The translations under genes and the position numbers were made by a program. A DNA stretch of 48,065 nt, from positions 1 to 48,065 of the forward strand of contig CAZJLS010000005.1 of NCBI GenBank assembly GCA_964547125.1. The letters are read 5' to 3'. Source of the stretch: an uncultured Methanobacteriaceae archaeon (lineage in GTDB: Archaea; Methanobacteriota; Methanobacteria; Methanobacteriales; Methanobacteriaceae). Position 1 is the stretch's first letter. Every line of letters starts with the position of its first letter. Of the stretch, positions 39,032 to 47,964 are shown in pieces. Below the pieces are notes generated by a model that was given only the letters and a program-made list of their open reading frames with translations, was not told the DNA's origin and made no database searches.

Positions 39032-39403
39032 ATGAAAACAAAATATTTAGTAATCTTATTAATAATACTTGTAATATGTGTTGGAATCTTTATTTACCAA
39101 TTTAATAATAGTGTTGATACATTTATTAGCATAAATGAAACAGAAGTGAGTGAAAATGGTTCTTTTTCTGGAATGTTAATAGATGCCTACGGATTTGGTG
39201 TAGCTAATGAAAAAATTACATTTTACAAACCTGGAGATAACACTACTGTTACTGTAACAACTAATAATGATGGAATATTCACCATAACTAATGCAGAATA
39301 TGTGAATTCTAGTGATAATTCCTATAGAAACTTCACTTTTGCAGGTGATGGTAAATACCACGGATGCACATATGAAGGCACTGTGACTGTTATTCAAAAA
39401 TAA
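39032..39403 (+). CDS. Small secreted protein with a single Ig-like beta-sandwich. It resembles the adhesin repeat units.
   Basis: Signal anchor YLVILLIILVICVGIFIY. ITFYKPGDNTTVTVTTNNDGIFTI resembles CarboxypepD_reg/Big-type repeats. Confidence 0.4.
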   Translation: MKTKYLVILLIILVICVGIFIYQFNNSVDTFISINETEVSENGSFSGMLIDAYGFGVANEKITFYKPGDNTTVTVTTNNDGIFTITNAEYVNSSDNSYRNFTFAGDGKYHGCTYEGTVTVIQK

Positions 39404-39476
39404 AAATTATGCATTTATAGTTATTTTAAAATATAAAACTATAACTTGTATAAAAAAAAGAAAAGTTAGAAAAAAA

Positions 39477-39887
39477 TTATTTTCTAACTAATGCTAAAAT
39501 TCCTGCAATACCTAAAAGAACTGTTCCAGGAATTGCAAATGCAGATATACTTATTAATAACCAAATTGCAGAGATAATTAATAAAGCACCATATAGTTTA
39601 TTGTCTTTTTTAACCATTACTCCTGCAATTATTCCAACAATTGAAGCTATAATTGCACTTAATCCAAGTATTAATAATTCAGAACTAAATGCTGCCATTA
39701 TTATTGCGAATAACCCACCAAGTAAACCAAATACCCCACCAATAATACTTAAAACCATTTCTGCAGTTCTACTAATTTCTGGAACATTGCTTATTGAAGT
39801 GGGTTGGCTAGGATTATATCCACAATTTGGACAAAATTTTGCATCACTCTCAATTTCATTTCCACAATTTTCACAAAATTTACTCAT
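39477..39887 (-). CDS. Zinc-ribbon protein with four C-terminal TM helices.
   Basis: FCENCGNEIESDAKFCPNCG ribbon and a hydrophobic glycine-zipper-like C-terminus. Confidence 0.5.
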   Translation of the reverse strand: MSKFCENCGNEIESDAKFCPNCGYNPSQPTSISNVPEISRTAEMVLSIIGGVFGLLGGLFAIIMAAFSSELLILGLSAIIASIVGIIAGVMVKKDNKLYGALLIISAIWLLISISAFAIPGTVLLGIAGILALVRK

Positions 39888-39909
39888 AAAAAAAAAGAAA
39901 CCCCCTTAT

Positions 39910-40440
39910 TTAAAATGTTAATTCTTGCCTATATATTGCATTATCTTCATCAGTGTCTAGTGTTGAGTCAAATATTAATACAACTGCACTAGAAGGTGTT
40001 TCTTCACAATATGAACTTCCAGTTATTCTAATATTTTGACCTTCTTTTATATCCACTATATTCCATGCTAATGAATCTTTATATAATATTGTTCCACTTG
40101 CATCATAGTATATAACTTGCATTTCGAGATAATCATAATCTTTATCTGGAATTAAATTACCTGAGACACTATACAAACCATACCCCTCACTTACAATATT
40201 CAAATTGGTTACCTGTAAGTTAGAAGTATTGTCATTTGTTGAACTAGATGCAAAAATTCCAATAATGAAAAATATTGCAATTAATACTATAATGAATATA
40301 CCGATTTTTTTACCAGTGCTCATACCTTTATTATTTTGAAGTATGACTGGTTCAATATTTGTTTGTTGGGTTCCACATTCTTTACAGAACTTTGTACCTT
40401 CTTTTATTTCGGAACCACAATTTTTACAGTATTTTACCAT
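39910..40440 (-). CDS. Zinc-ribbon protein with a single TM helix and an extracytoplasmic beta-rich domain.
   Basis: YCKNCGSEIKEGTKFCKECG ribbon, TM IGIFIIVLIAIFFIIGIF and a ~110 aa C-terminal domain. Confidence 0.5.
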   Translation of the reverse strand: MVKYCKNCGSEIKEGTKFCKECGTQQTNIEPVILQNNKGMSTGKKIGIFIIVLIAIFFIIGIFASSSTNDNTSNLQVTNLNIVSEGYGLYSVSGNLIPDKDYDYLEMQVIYYDASGTILYKDSLAWNIVDIKEGQNIRITGSSYCEETPSSAVVLIFDSTLDTDEDNAIYRQELTF

Positions 40441-40857
40441 AAATTTTCACCCCTTAATATTTTTTTATATGTTTTTTACTGCAAATTTACTTAATTGATT
40501 AAAATCTTTAAACTGATTATAATTGACTAAATAAAATTGTTTTTAGAAATATGTGTTTAAATCAATATTATCTAAAAAAAATAGTGCTAAATTTTATTTA
40601 TAAAAATTCAATATTTGATAAAAATTATTAGAGCAACTCACCCCCCTACAAATAATTATTTTTTATATATGTTATATTTTCTTATAAATTTTTTTATTTA
40701 AATATGAAAAAATGGAATTTTTCAAAATATTAACTAAATATTTAATGATGTAAACTAAATGAAAATATGTGATGAATACTTAAAATATTGTTTATTTAAG
40801 ATTAATATTGTGGATTACAATAATAATTGGATTATTAGAATTTAAATTTAAGTTTTT

Positions 40858-41091
40858 TCATAGCTCACATAAAAATAAATTATATTCTAAATTTTTTATG
40901 TTTTCTCCATCCATTTGTGCTTCGAATTTTAAATATTGGAGATAAATTTCTGGCGGGTTGTTTTCTTTAAGTAGTTTATGATATTCTTTATAATCTTTTA
41001 AGTTTGTTTTTTCTAGGTTTTTTGAATGTTCATAAATTGGTAAAAGTCCAGCAAATCTTATATCTAATAGTTTATTTTCCATATTAGGCAT
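40858..41091 (-). CDS. Hypothetical 77-aa protein.
   Basis: ORF only. Charged. No motif. Confidence 0.2.
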   Translation of the reverse strand: MPNMENKLLDIRFAGLLPIYEHSKNLEKTNLKDYKEYHKLLKENNPPEIYLQYLKFEAQMDGENIKNLEYNLFLCEL

Positions 41092-41138
41092 CCTATTTTT
41101 ATATTTTTATTATTTGTATTGATATAATTTTGATTTTA

Positions 41139-41282
41139 TTTTAAATATATTTTTAAGTGAAAAAGTATAATATGAATGATTATGAAAACTGGAAAAATTA
41201 TACTTTGTGTTTTTAAATATATTTTTAAGTGAAAAAGTATAATATGAATGATTATGAAAACTGGAAAAATTATACTTTGTGT
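41139..41282. repeat. Perfect 72-bp tandem duplication (2 copies) covering the upstream region and the first 12 codons of ORF 41248..41742.
   Basis: ttttaaatatatttttaagtgaaaaagtataatatgaatgattatgaaaactggaaaaattatactttgtgt occurs at 41139..41210 and again at 41211..41282. Confidence 0.85.
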
Positions 41283-41742
41283 AATTGCATTAATTATTGT
41301 TGCTCTTTTATTGTTTACAATTGTGAGTCCAATATTAATTATTGCTGAAGATACAAGTGAAGGAACACCAGGAATTGATATGGCTGCCACATTCACCATT
41401 TTGGGTGGTTTTGATTGGATTTATCCAGGAAGTTCACATAATGCTCAAGGTCAAACTTTACATAATATTCATTTAAATTCTCCAGATGATCCTTATGGTG
41501 CTGCTAGAGACATTATTAGTTATACTTATCATTTTACGCCACATATTATTATTAGTGTAAATGATTATGCTGCTGAAGATATTTTTGGAGAAGGTCTTGT
41601 GGATAATATTAGGGCTAATGATTGGGGTTCTGGAATGGATAGGGGTCCTGCAGTTGATTCTGCAATGAGTCAAGGTACTTTTAATCCACTTGCTATTTTT
41701 TCAAATATATTAATGGGAAATATTAAATTTTACATTGTCTAA
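41248..41742 (+). CDS. Membrane-anchored secreted protein of unknown function, with Gly/Ala/Asp-rich composition atypical for this genome.
   Basis: TM IILCVIALIIVALLLFTIVSPILII followed by a soluble domain (GFDWIYPGSSHNAQGQTLHN..., DWGSGMDRGPAVDSAMSQG). Confidence 0.45.
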   Translation: MIMKTGKIILCVIALIIVALLLFTIVSPILIIAEDTSEGTPGIDMAATFTILGGFDWIYPGSSHNAQGQTLHNIHLNSPDDPYGAARDIISYTYHFTPHIIISVNDYAAEDIFGEGLVDNIRANDWGSGMDRGPAVDSAMSQGTFNPLAIFSNILMGNIKFYIV

Positions 41743-41766
41743 ATTTCCCAATTATTTTATATTTTT

Positions 41767-41967
41767 TTATCCACCATATATTACTTGTATTATTTTGATT
41801 GTGTCACCATCTTCTATTTTTGTATTTTCATCTGTTATTTTGTCATTTTTCTTTATTACTACTGTTTGTGGAGATACTTCTAATTCTTTTAGTATATCTA
41901 TGATTGTTTTTTCGTTTTCTAATTCTTTTTCTTCTTCTTTTTCGTTAAATATTATTTTGTATGTCAT
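41767..41967 (-). CDS. ThiS/MoaD-family ubiquitin-like beta-grasp protein with a C-terminal Gly-Gly.
   Basis: 66 aa, ending ...EDGDTIKIIQVIYGG (compare E. coli ThiS ...QDGDQILLFQVIAGG). Size and pattern are typical of a sulfur-carrier/SAMP. Confidence 0.7.
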   Translation of the reverse strand: MTYKIIFNEKEEEKELENEKTIIDILKELEVSPQTVVIKKNDKITDENTKIEDGDTIKIIQVIYGG

Positions 41968-42066
41968 CTTTTTTCTCCTGTTTTTTTATATATTAATTAT
42001 ATAACAATTGTTATATTATATAAAATTATCATAAAAATATAAAAATAAATAAACTATCAAAATAAA

Positions 42067-43479
42067 TTAGTCATCAAGAGTACTATACTCTTCAACAATC
42101 TCTTCTAAATCAATTCCTTTGTTTTTCATTTTCAAAGTTTTTTGAGCAGGATTTAACCTTTCATTAATACGTCTATATAATGGTTTAAGTAACACTTCTT
42201 CACCATAACCCCTTTTTTCTAAACCCCCATAAGATAAATCAACTATGTCTTTTGTTAATTTATATAAATCATCTTTATCTATAAATTCTGGTAAATCTTT
42301 ATGTATTAATAATTTACGTAATTCTGTGGCATTATAACCTTTATGATATATTGTTTGATCATTGTCCAATATATTTTTCAGTTTGTCTAAATTATGTTTT
42401 AAACCTAAATGGAATGCTCCAACAGTCATTGAATCTTTTATTGGTTGTGTGCATACACTACGATATTCTATTGTTCCTCTGAAAGTTAAGTTTTCAAATT
42501 TAAATGGTCTTAAATATTTTATATCTTCTAACTCAGGAGTTAATTCAATAGTTTCATATTTTCCATTATTATAATATTCTCCAAGGATAGTTTCTTTTTT
42601 AAAGTAATCCAATATTTTTATAGGCTCAAAATTCACATATTTACCATTTCTCATTGTACAGTATATATCTAAAGATTCTATATATGCTTGTAACTCTTCT
42701 ATTGATTCTAATTCAATATTAAACATTCCCACATTATGTGGATTTATTCCATGTGCACTATTTTCCCATAGCATATCTCTACAGCATAATAATTCCTCAT
42801 TTTCACCGACAAATAGAGAATTACAGAATAATACTGCTTTTATAGGTTCTATTTTTGAAAATGCATTTATTGTATCTACTAATTCCTCATATGATACATC
42901 TAATTGTACTTGTGATGCACTGCTAAATAGTCCATATGTTGGGTAATTATGAAAATGTATGTTCTTATCTTCATATTTATGATATGAGCATAGATGGTGG
43001 TATAACATTTGGTATCTTTCATTTGGTATTGGTATATTATTATTATATTCCCAGTAAGGGTTTATTCCCATCCCAGTTAGCATATGATTGTGGTTTTTAA
43101 ATTCTTTTTGAAAGAATTTGAAATATATTTTAAATCTTTCATAAATTTTATGAATGTTTTTTTCTCTACCCATACTGAATTCTATTGTGTTATAACTACA
43201 GTCATAACTTATATTATCTTTTGTTTCATCATCTTCTATTAGGTAGATATTGTTTTCGTTATCTGTTCCTTTTATTTGGAATTTTGGGAATTTTTTTAAG
43301 AATTTTTTTGTTATAATGTGTACAATTTGGAAGTTTACAGGTTTTTTATCTAGATTTAATATTGGTAGTTCTATTTCTATGCCTACATAGTCTTTTTTTC
43401 CTTTTTTTGTAGGAGCTATAAACTCCTCATATAATCTGTTTTTTACGTCTTGTTCTGTTATTTTATTTTTTAATACCAA
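42067..43479 (-). CDS. Glutamate--cysteine-ligase-family (GCS2/YbdK/EgtA-like) carboxylate-amine ligase.
   Basis: YVGIEIELPI N-terminal beta-strand motif of GCS2-type amidoligases. The 470-aa length fits. The assignment is by pattern only. Confidence 0.55.
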   Translation of the reverse strand: MVLKNKITEQDVKNRLYEEFIAPTKKGKKDYVGIEIELPILNLDKKPVNFQIVHIITKKFLKKFPKFQIKGTDNENNIYLIEDDETKDNISYDCSYNTIEFSMGREKNIHKIYERFKIYFKFFQKEFKNHNHMLTGMGINPYWEYNNNIPIPNERYQMLYHHLCSYHKYEDKNIHFHNYPTYGLFSSASQVQLDVSYEELVDTINAFSKIEPIKAVLFCNSLFVGENEELLCCRDMLWENSAHGINPHNVGMFNIELESIEELQAYIESLDIYCTMRNGKYVNFEPIKILDYFKKETILGEYYNNGKYETIELTPELEDIKYLRPFKFENLTFRGTIEYRSVCTQPIKDSMTVGAFHLGLKHNLDKLKNILDNDQTIYHKGYNATELRKLLIHKDLPEFIDKDDLYKLTKDIVDLSYGGLEKRGYGEEVLLKPLYRRINERLNPAQKTLKMKNKGIDLEEIVEEYSTLDD

Positions 43480-43504
43480 TATTCTTCCCTCATTGACTTT
43501 TGTT

Positions 43505-44308
43505 TTAGTTTAATCTGCAATGGTTTCCACATGGATGTTTTCTAAATTCTTCTTCTAGTTTTGCAAGTAGTTCTAGATCTTCTTTGGTTTCTATGTATTC
43601 GTTTTTATGTTTTTTTCCTTTATGTATTTGTTTTCCATCTTTGTATGCAAGTAATGTGTTTAAGGGTACTTTTTCCCATTTTTCATCGTTTAGTGGAAGT
43701 GTTGAAAATATTATGTGATTGTTATTTTTTTGGCAGTGTAGTGTGTTTTTTAGGTTTGTGTGGACATACATGATTTCGCCGTTGTGGAGGATTATGTTTA
43801 TTTTATTGTTTTTTGTTATGTTTTCAATTACTTTATCTAGTGTTTTGAATAGTTCTTCATTGCTTAATTTGTTTTTTTGTTCTTTTTCGTTTATTTCGTT
43901 TATTATGTGGAGGAGTAGTCTTTCTGAGTCTGTTTCTCCTTTTTGTGTTTGTATGTATTTGTTTAGTTTTTGGCATTGGAATACTGTTCCGTTATGTATT
44001 AGTGTCCATGTTCTGCCAGTTTTATCTTTTTCTATGAATGGGTGGCAGTTTTTATCGTTCATACATCCTATTGTTGCGTATCTTATGTGTGCTAGTAAGT
44101 CTTTTGCTAATATTGGTTCTTTTAGTCTGTTTATTAAGTATTCACTGTTAATTGCTTTTTTTGGTTCTTTTTGTATTGTTGGAGTTTTATTTTTTATATT
44201 TGCTATTCCCCAACCATCAGGGTGGAAATCACAGTGGCTGAAGAATAATTTTAAGTATTCATTTATTTTTTCTTCTTTTTTTGAGGTAAATCCGAATATT
44301 TCACACAT
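43505..44308 (-). CDS. Class-II (Ntn) glutamine amidotransferase-like hydrolase (YafJ/EgtC-like).
   Basis: MCEIFGF (Cys2 nucleophile), HPDGWGIA, AHIRYATIG, N.HPF and LIHNG are GATase_4/6 family motifs. It sits 25 nt upstream of the ligase on the same strand. Confidence 0.7.
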   Translation of the reverse strand: MCEIFGFTSKKEEKINEYLKLFFSHCDFHPDGWGIANIKNKTPTIQKEPKKAINSEYLINRLKEPILAKDLLAHIRYATIGCMNDKNCHPFIEKDKTGRTWTLIHNGTVFQCQKLNKYIQTQKGETDSERLLLHIINEINEKEQKNKLSNEELFKTLDKVIENITKNNKINIILHNGEIMYVHTNLKNTLHCQKNNNHIIFSTLPLNDEKWEKVPLNTLLAYKDGKQIHKGKKHKNEYIETKEDLELLAKLEEEFRKHPCGNHCRLN

Positions 44309-44501
44309 TTTTTTCCACTGCTCCTTGTTTTTTTATCACAATAATATTTTATAACAATTGTTATATTAGTATTTTATCATATATATAAGTAAATATAAAA
44401 ATATAAATATAAATATTTACTTAAAAACCAACAAATAAAGCAAAATTAAATAAATAGTTCGAAATAAATCAAAAAACCCACTTTAAGGATGAAAAACAAT
44501 T

Positions 44502-45434
44502 ATGAACAAAAAAGACATAGAAGAATTTGAAAAAAAATATCCAGAACTATTCAATACAGAAAACAACGACGAACTATACAAGCTAATGCAAATAATACTT
44601 ATAAAAAAAGGATTCAAATACATTGAAGACAATACCAACAACGAAGAATATATACTACATAATCAAATACCAGATAATATTAAAAATCTACTAAAAGAAC
44701 ATGGAAAAGAAAAAATAGAAGAATTTCAACAATTACCTCCAGAAAAACAAAAAGAAAAAATAGAAAAATTCCAAGAAATAAATAAAGAAAGATTAAACTG
44801 GGCGAAAAACTTCCTCCCATTATTTAAAAATAGATTTAACAAAGAAATAAATATAGATCCTGGAAGACTATTAGGACTTACAGACGGAATATTTGGAATG
44901 GTTATAACATTACTTGCATTTGGAATTGGCCTTCCAGAAATATTAATAATAAATGAAACAAACTTTATAAATTTTATATATTCTATAGTACCAACAATAG
45001 GAACTGTCCTTGTTAGTTTTATCTTCTTAAGCTCATTCTGGATTTACCATCATGAATTCTTAAATATAAAAACACTAAACCTTCCATTCCTATGGTTACA
45101 CATATTCTTTTTAGCATGCATAACATTCATACCATTTACAACAAGTATAATTGGAACATATAGTGAATTTTTCCTAGCAGAAGTACTATTTGGAATTAAT
45201 GTATTTTTAACAATTATTATGTTTCTTTTATTATACCGATATGCAGTAATACATAATTTTTTAGAAGAAACACCAAGTATAAAAGACATAAGATATACTT
45301 ATACAACTTTTTTCATAATTATGGGTTTAATAATATTTGTAAACTTAGGAGATTTTTTAATTTCCCATTATTTCATATACTTAATACTTTTAATTCCAGT
45401 TATATCGACAATAAGATATGTTCTTAAAGAATAA
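44502..45434 (+). CDS. TMEM175/DUF1211-family putative K+ channel with a ~110-aa charged N-terminal domain.
   Basis: RLLGLTDGIFGMVITLLAFGI matches the TMEM175 signature RxxxFSDGVFAIAITLLV. Six predicted TM helices follow. Confidence 0.6.
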   Translation: MNKKDIEEFEKKYPELFNTENNDELYKLMQIILIKKGFKYIEDNTNNEEYILHNQIPDNIKNLLKEHGKEKIEEFQQLPPEKQKEKIEKFQEINKERLNWAKNFLPLFKNRFNKEINIDPGRLLGLTDGIFGMVITLLAFGIGLPEILIINETNFINFIYSIVPTIGTVLVSFIFLSSFWIYHHEFLNIKTLNLPFLWLHIFFLACITFIPFTTSIIGTYSEFFLAEVLFGINVFLTIIMFLLLYRYAVIHNFLEETPSIKDIRYTYTTFFIIMGLIIFVNLGDFLISHYFIYLILLIPVISTIRYVLKE

Positions 45435-45456
45435 AATTTAAGTTTATACTTTTTAA

Positions 45457-46185
45457 TTAAAATACTCTTTTAAAAATATTAAACATTAATTTTGAAAATA
45501 TTTTTTTAAAAATACTTAAATTAACTTCAGGTGAAAAATCATTATCTACCAAACCTGTTTTAAACCAAAACTCTTTATCTGCAGGTATAGCATCATCTTT
45601 TAATGCTAAAACTCTCCAAACATTATAAAATATGATATCTCCAATTTTTGGAGAGTGTAATTTACTAGATTCAACATCTTTTTTAAATTTTTTAGAAATT
45701 TTATCTATTTTTTCTGTTTCTAATTTATCTTTTCCACCACATCTCATAGGTAATTTATATACTTTATTTACTCCCCAATGTCTTAATGTTTCATCTAAGT
45801 ATTTTACTACTTTTTTATGTCCTGCTCCTGCAGTAGATACAACTACTATTGCTTTTTTAGTGAAAAATTCAGGCCTATGATATAAATATGCAGTATGGTC
45901 TAGGAAATTTTTTAAAATAGCAGTTACATTCATTGCATAAACTGGAGAAGCTAATATAATTGCGTCAGATTCTTTTATTTTATTGATTATTGGAATTATA
46001 TTCTCTTTATGTGGACAATAATCTTCACCATGCATTATACAATTATAACAACCGTTACAGAATGGAATATTTTTTTGCGATAAATGTATTTCTTCAAAAT
46101 CGCCTTCTAAATTACTGCATATTTGATTAACTATATTCCATGTGTTTTTTTGTCTTGGAGATCCGTTAATTAATAAATATTTCAT
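45457..46185 (-). CDS. Iron-sulfur flavoprotein (Isf) / NADPH-dependent FMN reductase family.
   Basis: MKYLLINGSPRQKNT flavodoxin-like start. Compact CNGCYNCIMHGEDYC (Cx2Cx2Cx7C) cluster typical of methanogen Isf. Confidence 0.65.
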   Translation of the reverse strand: MKYLLINGSPRQKNTWNIVNQICSNLEGDFEEIHLSQKNIPFCNGCYNCIMHGEDYCPHKENIIPIINKIKESDAIILASPVYAMNVTAILKNFLDHTAYLYHRPEFFTKKAIVVVSTAGAGHKKVVKYLDETLRHWGVNKVYKLPMRCGGKDKLETEKIDKISKKFKKDVESSKLHSPKIGDIIFYNVWRVLALKDDAIPADKEFWFKTGLVDNDFSPEVNLSIFKKIFSKLMFNIFKRVF

Positions 46186-46812
46186 TTAAATACCTTCATT
46201 TAATTGTCCTTTAATAATCTTTTTTTCTTTATTTTCAAATTTTTTATCGAATTCATTTACATCTTTTTCATTTACATTGAATACTTCAGGAATTTGGAAT
46301 ATTGTTTTTTCAAAGTTGATTTTATTTTTATTGAATATTTTTATCATGAAAAATTCTGATTCATCGTTTTCTTTTGTTCCTTCTAAGTATATTTTGTATT
46401 TTGATGCAGTTTCAAAACCGAATCGTTGATAATAATTTTTATCACCTATTACAAATACAAAGGGTATGTTTTTGTTTTTTATTATATTTAATGTGTATTC
46501 TATTAATTTTGTACCATATCCTTTGTTTTGGAATTTTTTATCTATTGATATAGGCCCTAATATTATTGCATTATTATTTCTATTTTTATGGGTTATTTTA
46601 CCTTTTGAATAGTTAATATGTCCGATTATTTTATTATCTTTTTCTATTATATATGCTAATTCTTTTATGAAACTTTTATGATTTCTTAGATTGTGTACAA
46701 TGTAGTGTTCGTATGCACCTGGACGATATATGTTCCAAAAGCTGTTTCTTACTAAATTTTCCACTTCATTGTAATCTTTTTCTTCTTCTAGTCTTATAAT
46801 CATCGTAATCAT
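46186..46812 (-). CDS. GNAT-family N-acetyltransferase, immediately adjacent to the Isf gene.
   Basis: FQNKGYGTKLIEYTL (Q/RxxGxG/A acetyl-CoA motif). ILGPISIDKKFQNKG context. Confidence 0.7.
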   Translation of the reverse strand: MITMIIRLEEEKDYNEVENLVRNSFWNIYRPGAYEHYIVHNLRNHKSFIKELAYIIEKDNKIIGHINYSKGKITHKNRNNNAIILGPISIDKKFQNKGYGTKLIEYTLNIIKNKNIPFVFVIGDKNYYQRFGFETASKYKIYLEGTKENDESEFFMIKIFNKNKINFEKTIFQIPEVFNVNEKDVNEFDKKFENKEKKIIKGQLNEGI

Positions 46813-47121
46813 CTTGTTTTATAATTATTTTTTTATTGTTTTGATGAAAATTTAAAGTATTTATCATCTTAATTTTTATGTTTATTTCAATAAATTTTAT
46901 TTTTAAACTTTTTATTTATATTAAAACATTTTATTTAACATAAATCATATATATCTTCCTTTATAAAATTTTAATTATCCATATTTGGAAGTGTTGAAAA
47001 CAATTATGTCTTTTTTTGCGATTAATATTCATTTTAAAAAATAAAATTGAATAAAAATGTATGATGGAATACTTGTAATTGGCACACTTCCTAAAAAAAA
47101 TATTGAGATTATTAATTTAAG

Positions 47122-47964
47122 GTGGGGAAAATGGAAATAATGGAAATAATTAAAGAATCATTTATTTTTCCTTCAAATGATGTTGGAAAACTTGCAATTT
47201 ACATTGTTTTAAGTGTTCTTGCAGGTATTTTAAGTATTAGTGGTTTAGGAATAGTTATTTTTTCACTAATTGGAAATAGATTGTATGCTATAGTTGGTAT
47301 TATTTTAATAATTCTTGCTTTAGCAATAGGTTTTATCCTTTCAGGATATGGAATAAGTATTATAAAATCAGGAATTGAACATGATCCAGATGTTCCAGGA
47401 TTTGTATGGAAAGATAATATAATTACAGGTATTAAATATTTTATTTTAAGTATTGTTTACTTTATTATCCCTGCAATTATCACATTAGCTGTTGCATTTA
47501 TAACTAATGTTCCAGGTAATATTTCTGCCGTAACAAATCAATATATGGGTAGTTTTGCAAATGTAAGTACTGCTATTAATGGTACATTGCCTGCAGTTGC
47601 CATTTCAAATGCTATGATTAGTAATTTAGTTACATCACTAACGATTACTGGTCTTGTTGCTGTGATTTTATTTATTATTTTTGCTTTTGTTCAAATTATG
47701 GGAGAGTGCAGACTTGCAAAAACAGATTCTTTAGCTTATGCTTTAAACATTCCTGAAGCGTTTAAAGATATTGGAAGAATCGGTTGGGGAAAAGTAATTG
47801 CAATAATAATTCTAATTTTTATCATAATTTCTGTTATTAATATTATTATAAATTTAATTTCACATTATATAACAGGAATTGGAATTATTTCAATTATTGT
47901 AACTCCATATTTAACATTCTTTGCTTCAAGAGCAACGGGATTATTATATTCTGAAATAGCTTAA
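47122..47964 (+). CDS. DUF4013-like polytopic membrane protein (paralog family member 3).
   Basis: Multi-TM. Shares the A.AL.IPEAFKDIGRIGW block with 20810..22437 (A..AF.F..I..I.W). Confidence 0.45.
   Translation: MGKMEIMEIIKESFIFPSNDVGKLAIYIVLSVLAGILSISGLGIVIFSLIGNRLYAIVGIILIILALAIGFILSGYGISIIKSGIEHDPDVPGFVWKDNIITGIKYFILSIVYFIIPAIITLAVAFITNVPGNISAVTNQYMGSFANVSTAINGTLPAVAISNAMISNLVTSLTITGLVAVILFIIFAFVQIMGECRLAKTDSLAYALNIPEAFKDIGRIGWGKVIAIIILIFIIISVINIIINLISHYITGIGIISIIVTPYLTFFASRATGLLYSEIA

Noticed and set aside
40441-40857. 417-bp intergenic region with a short CCCCCC tract and tiny ORFs, checked for tRNA
   Set aside because: It is too AT-rich, with no acceptor/T-arm-like GC stems. The short ORFs of 15 aa or fewer are not credible.
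41136-41399. Minus-strand 87-aa ORF with duplicated IFPVFIIIHIILFHLKIYLK
   Set aside because: It is an artefact of the 72-bp tandem duplication read on the opposite strand.
41735-42004. Plus-strand 89-aa ORF overlapping the ThiS-like gene
   Set aside because: The opposite-strand product has a near-perfect ThiS C-terminal alignment. The plus-strand translation is low-complexity hydrophobic.
43719-44354. Plus-strand 211-aa ORF overlapping the amidotransferase gene
   Set aside because: It is antisense to a gene with clear Ntn-hydrolase motifs. The translation is Phe/Ser/Leu low-complexity.
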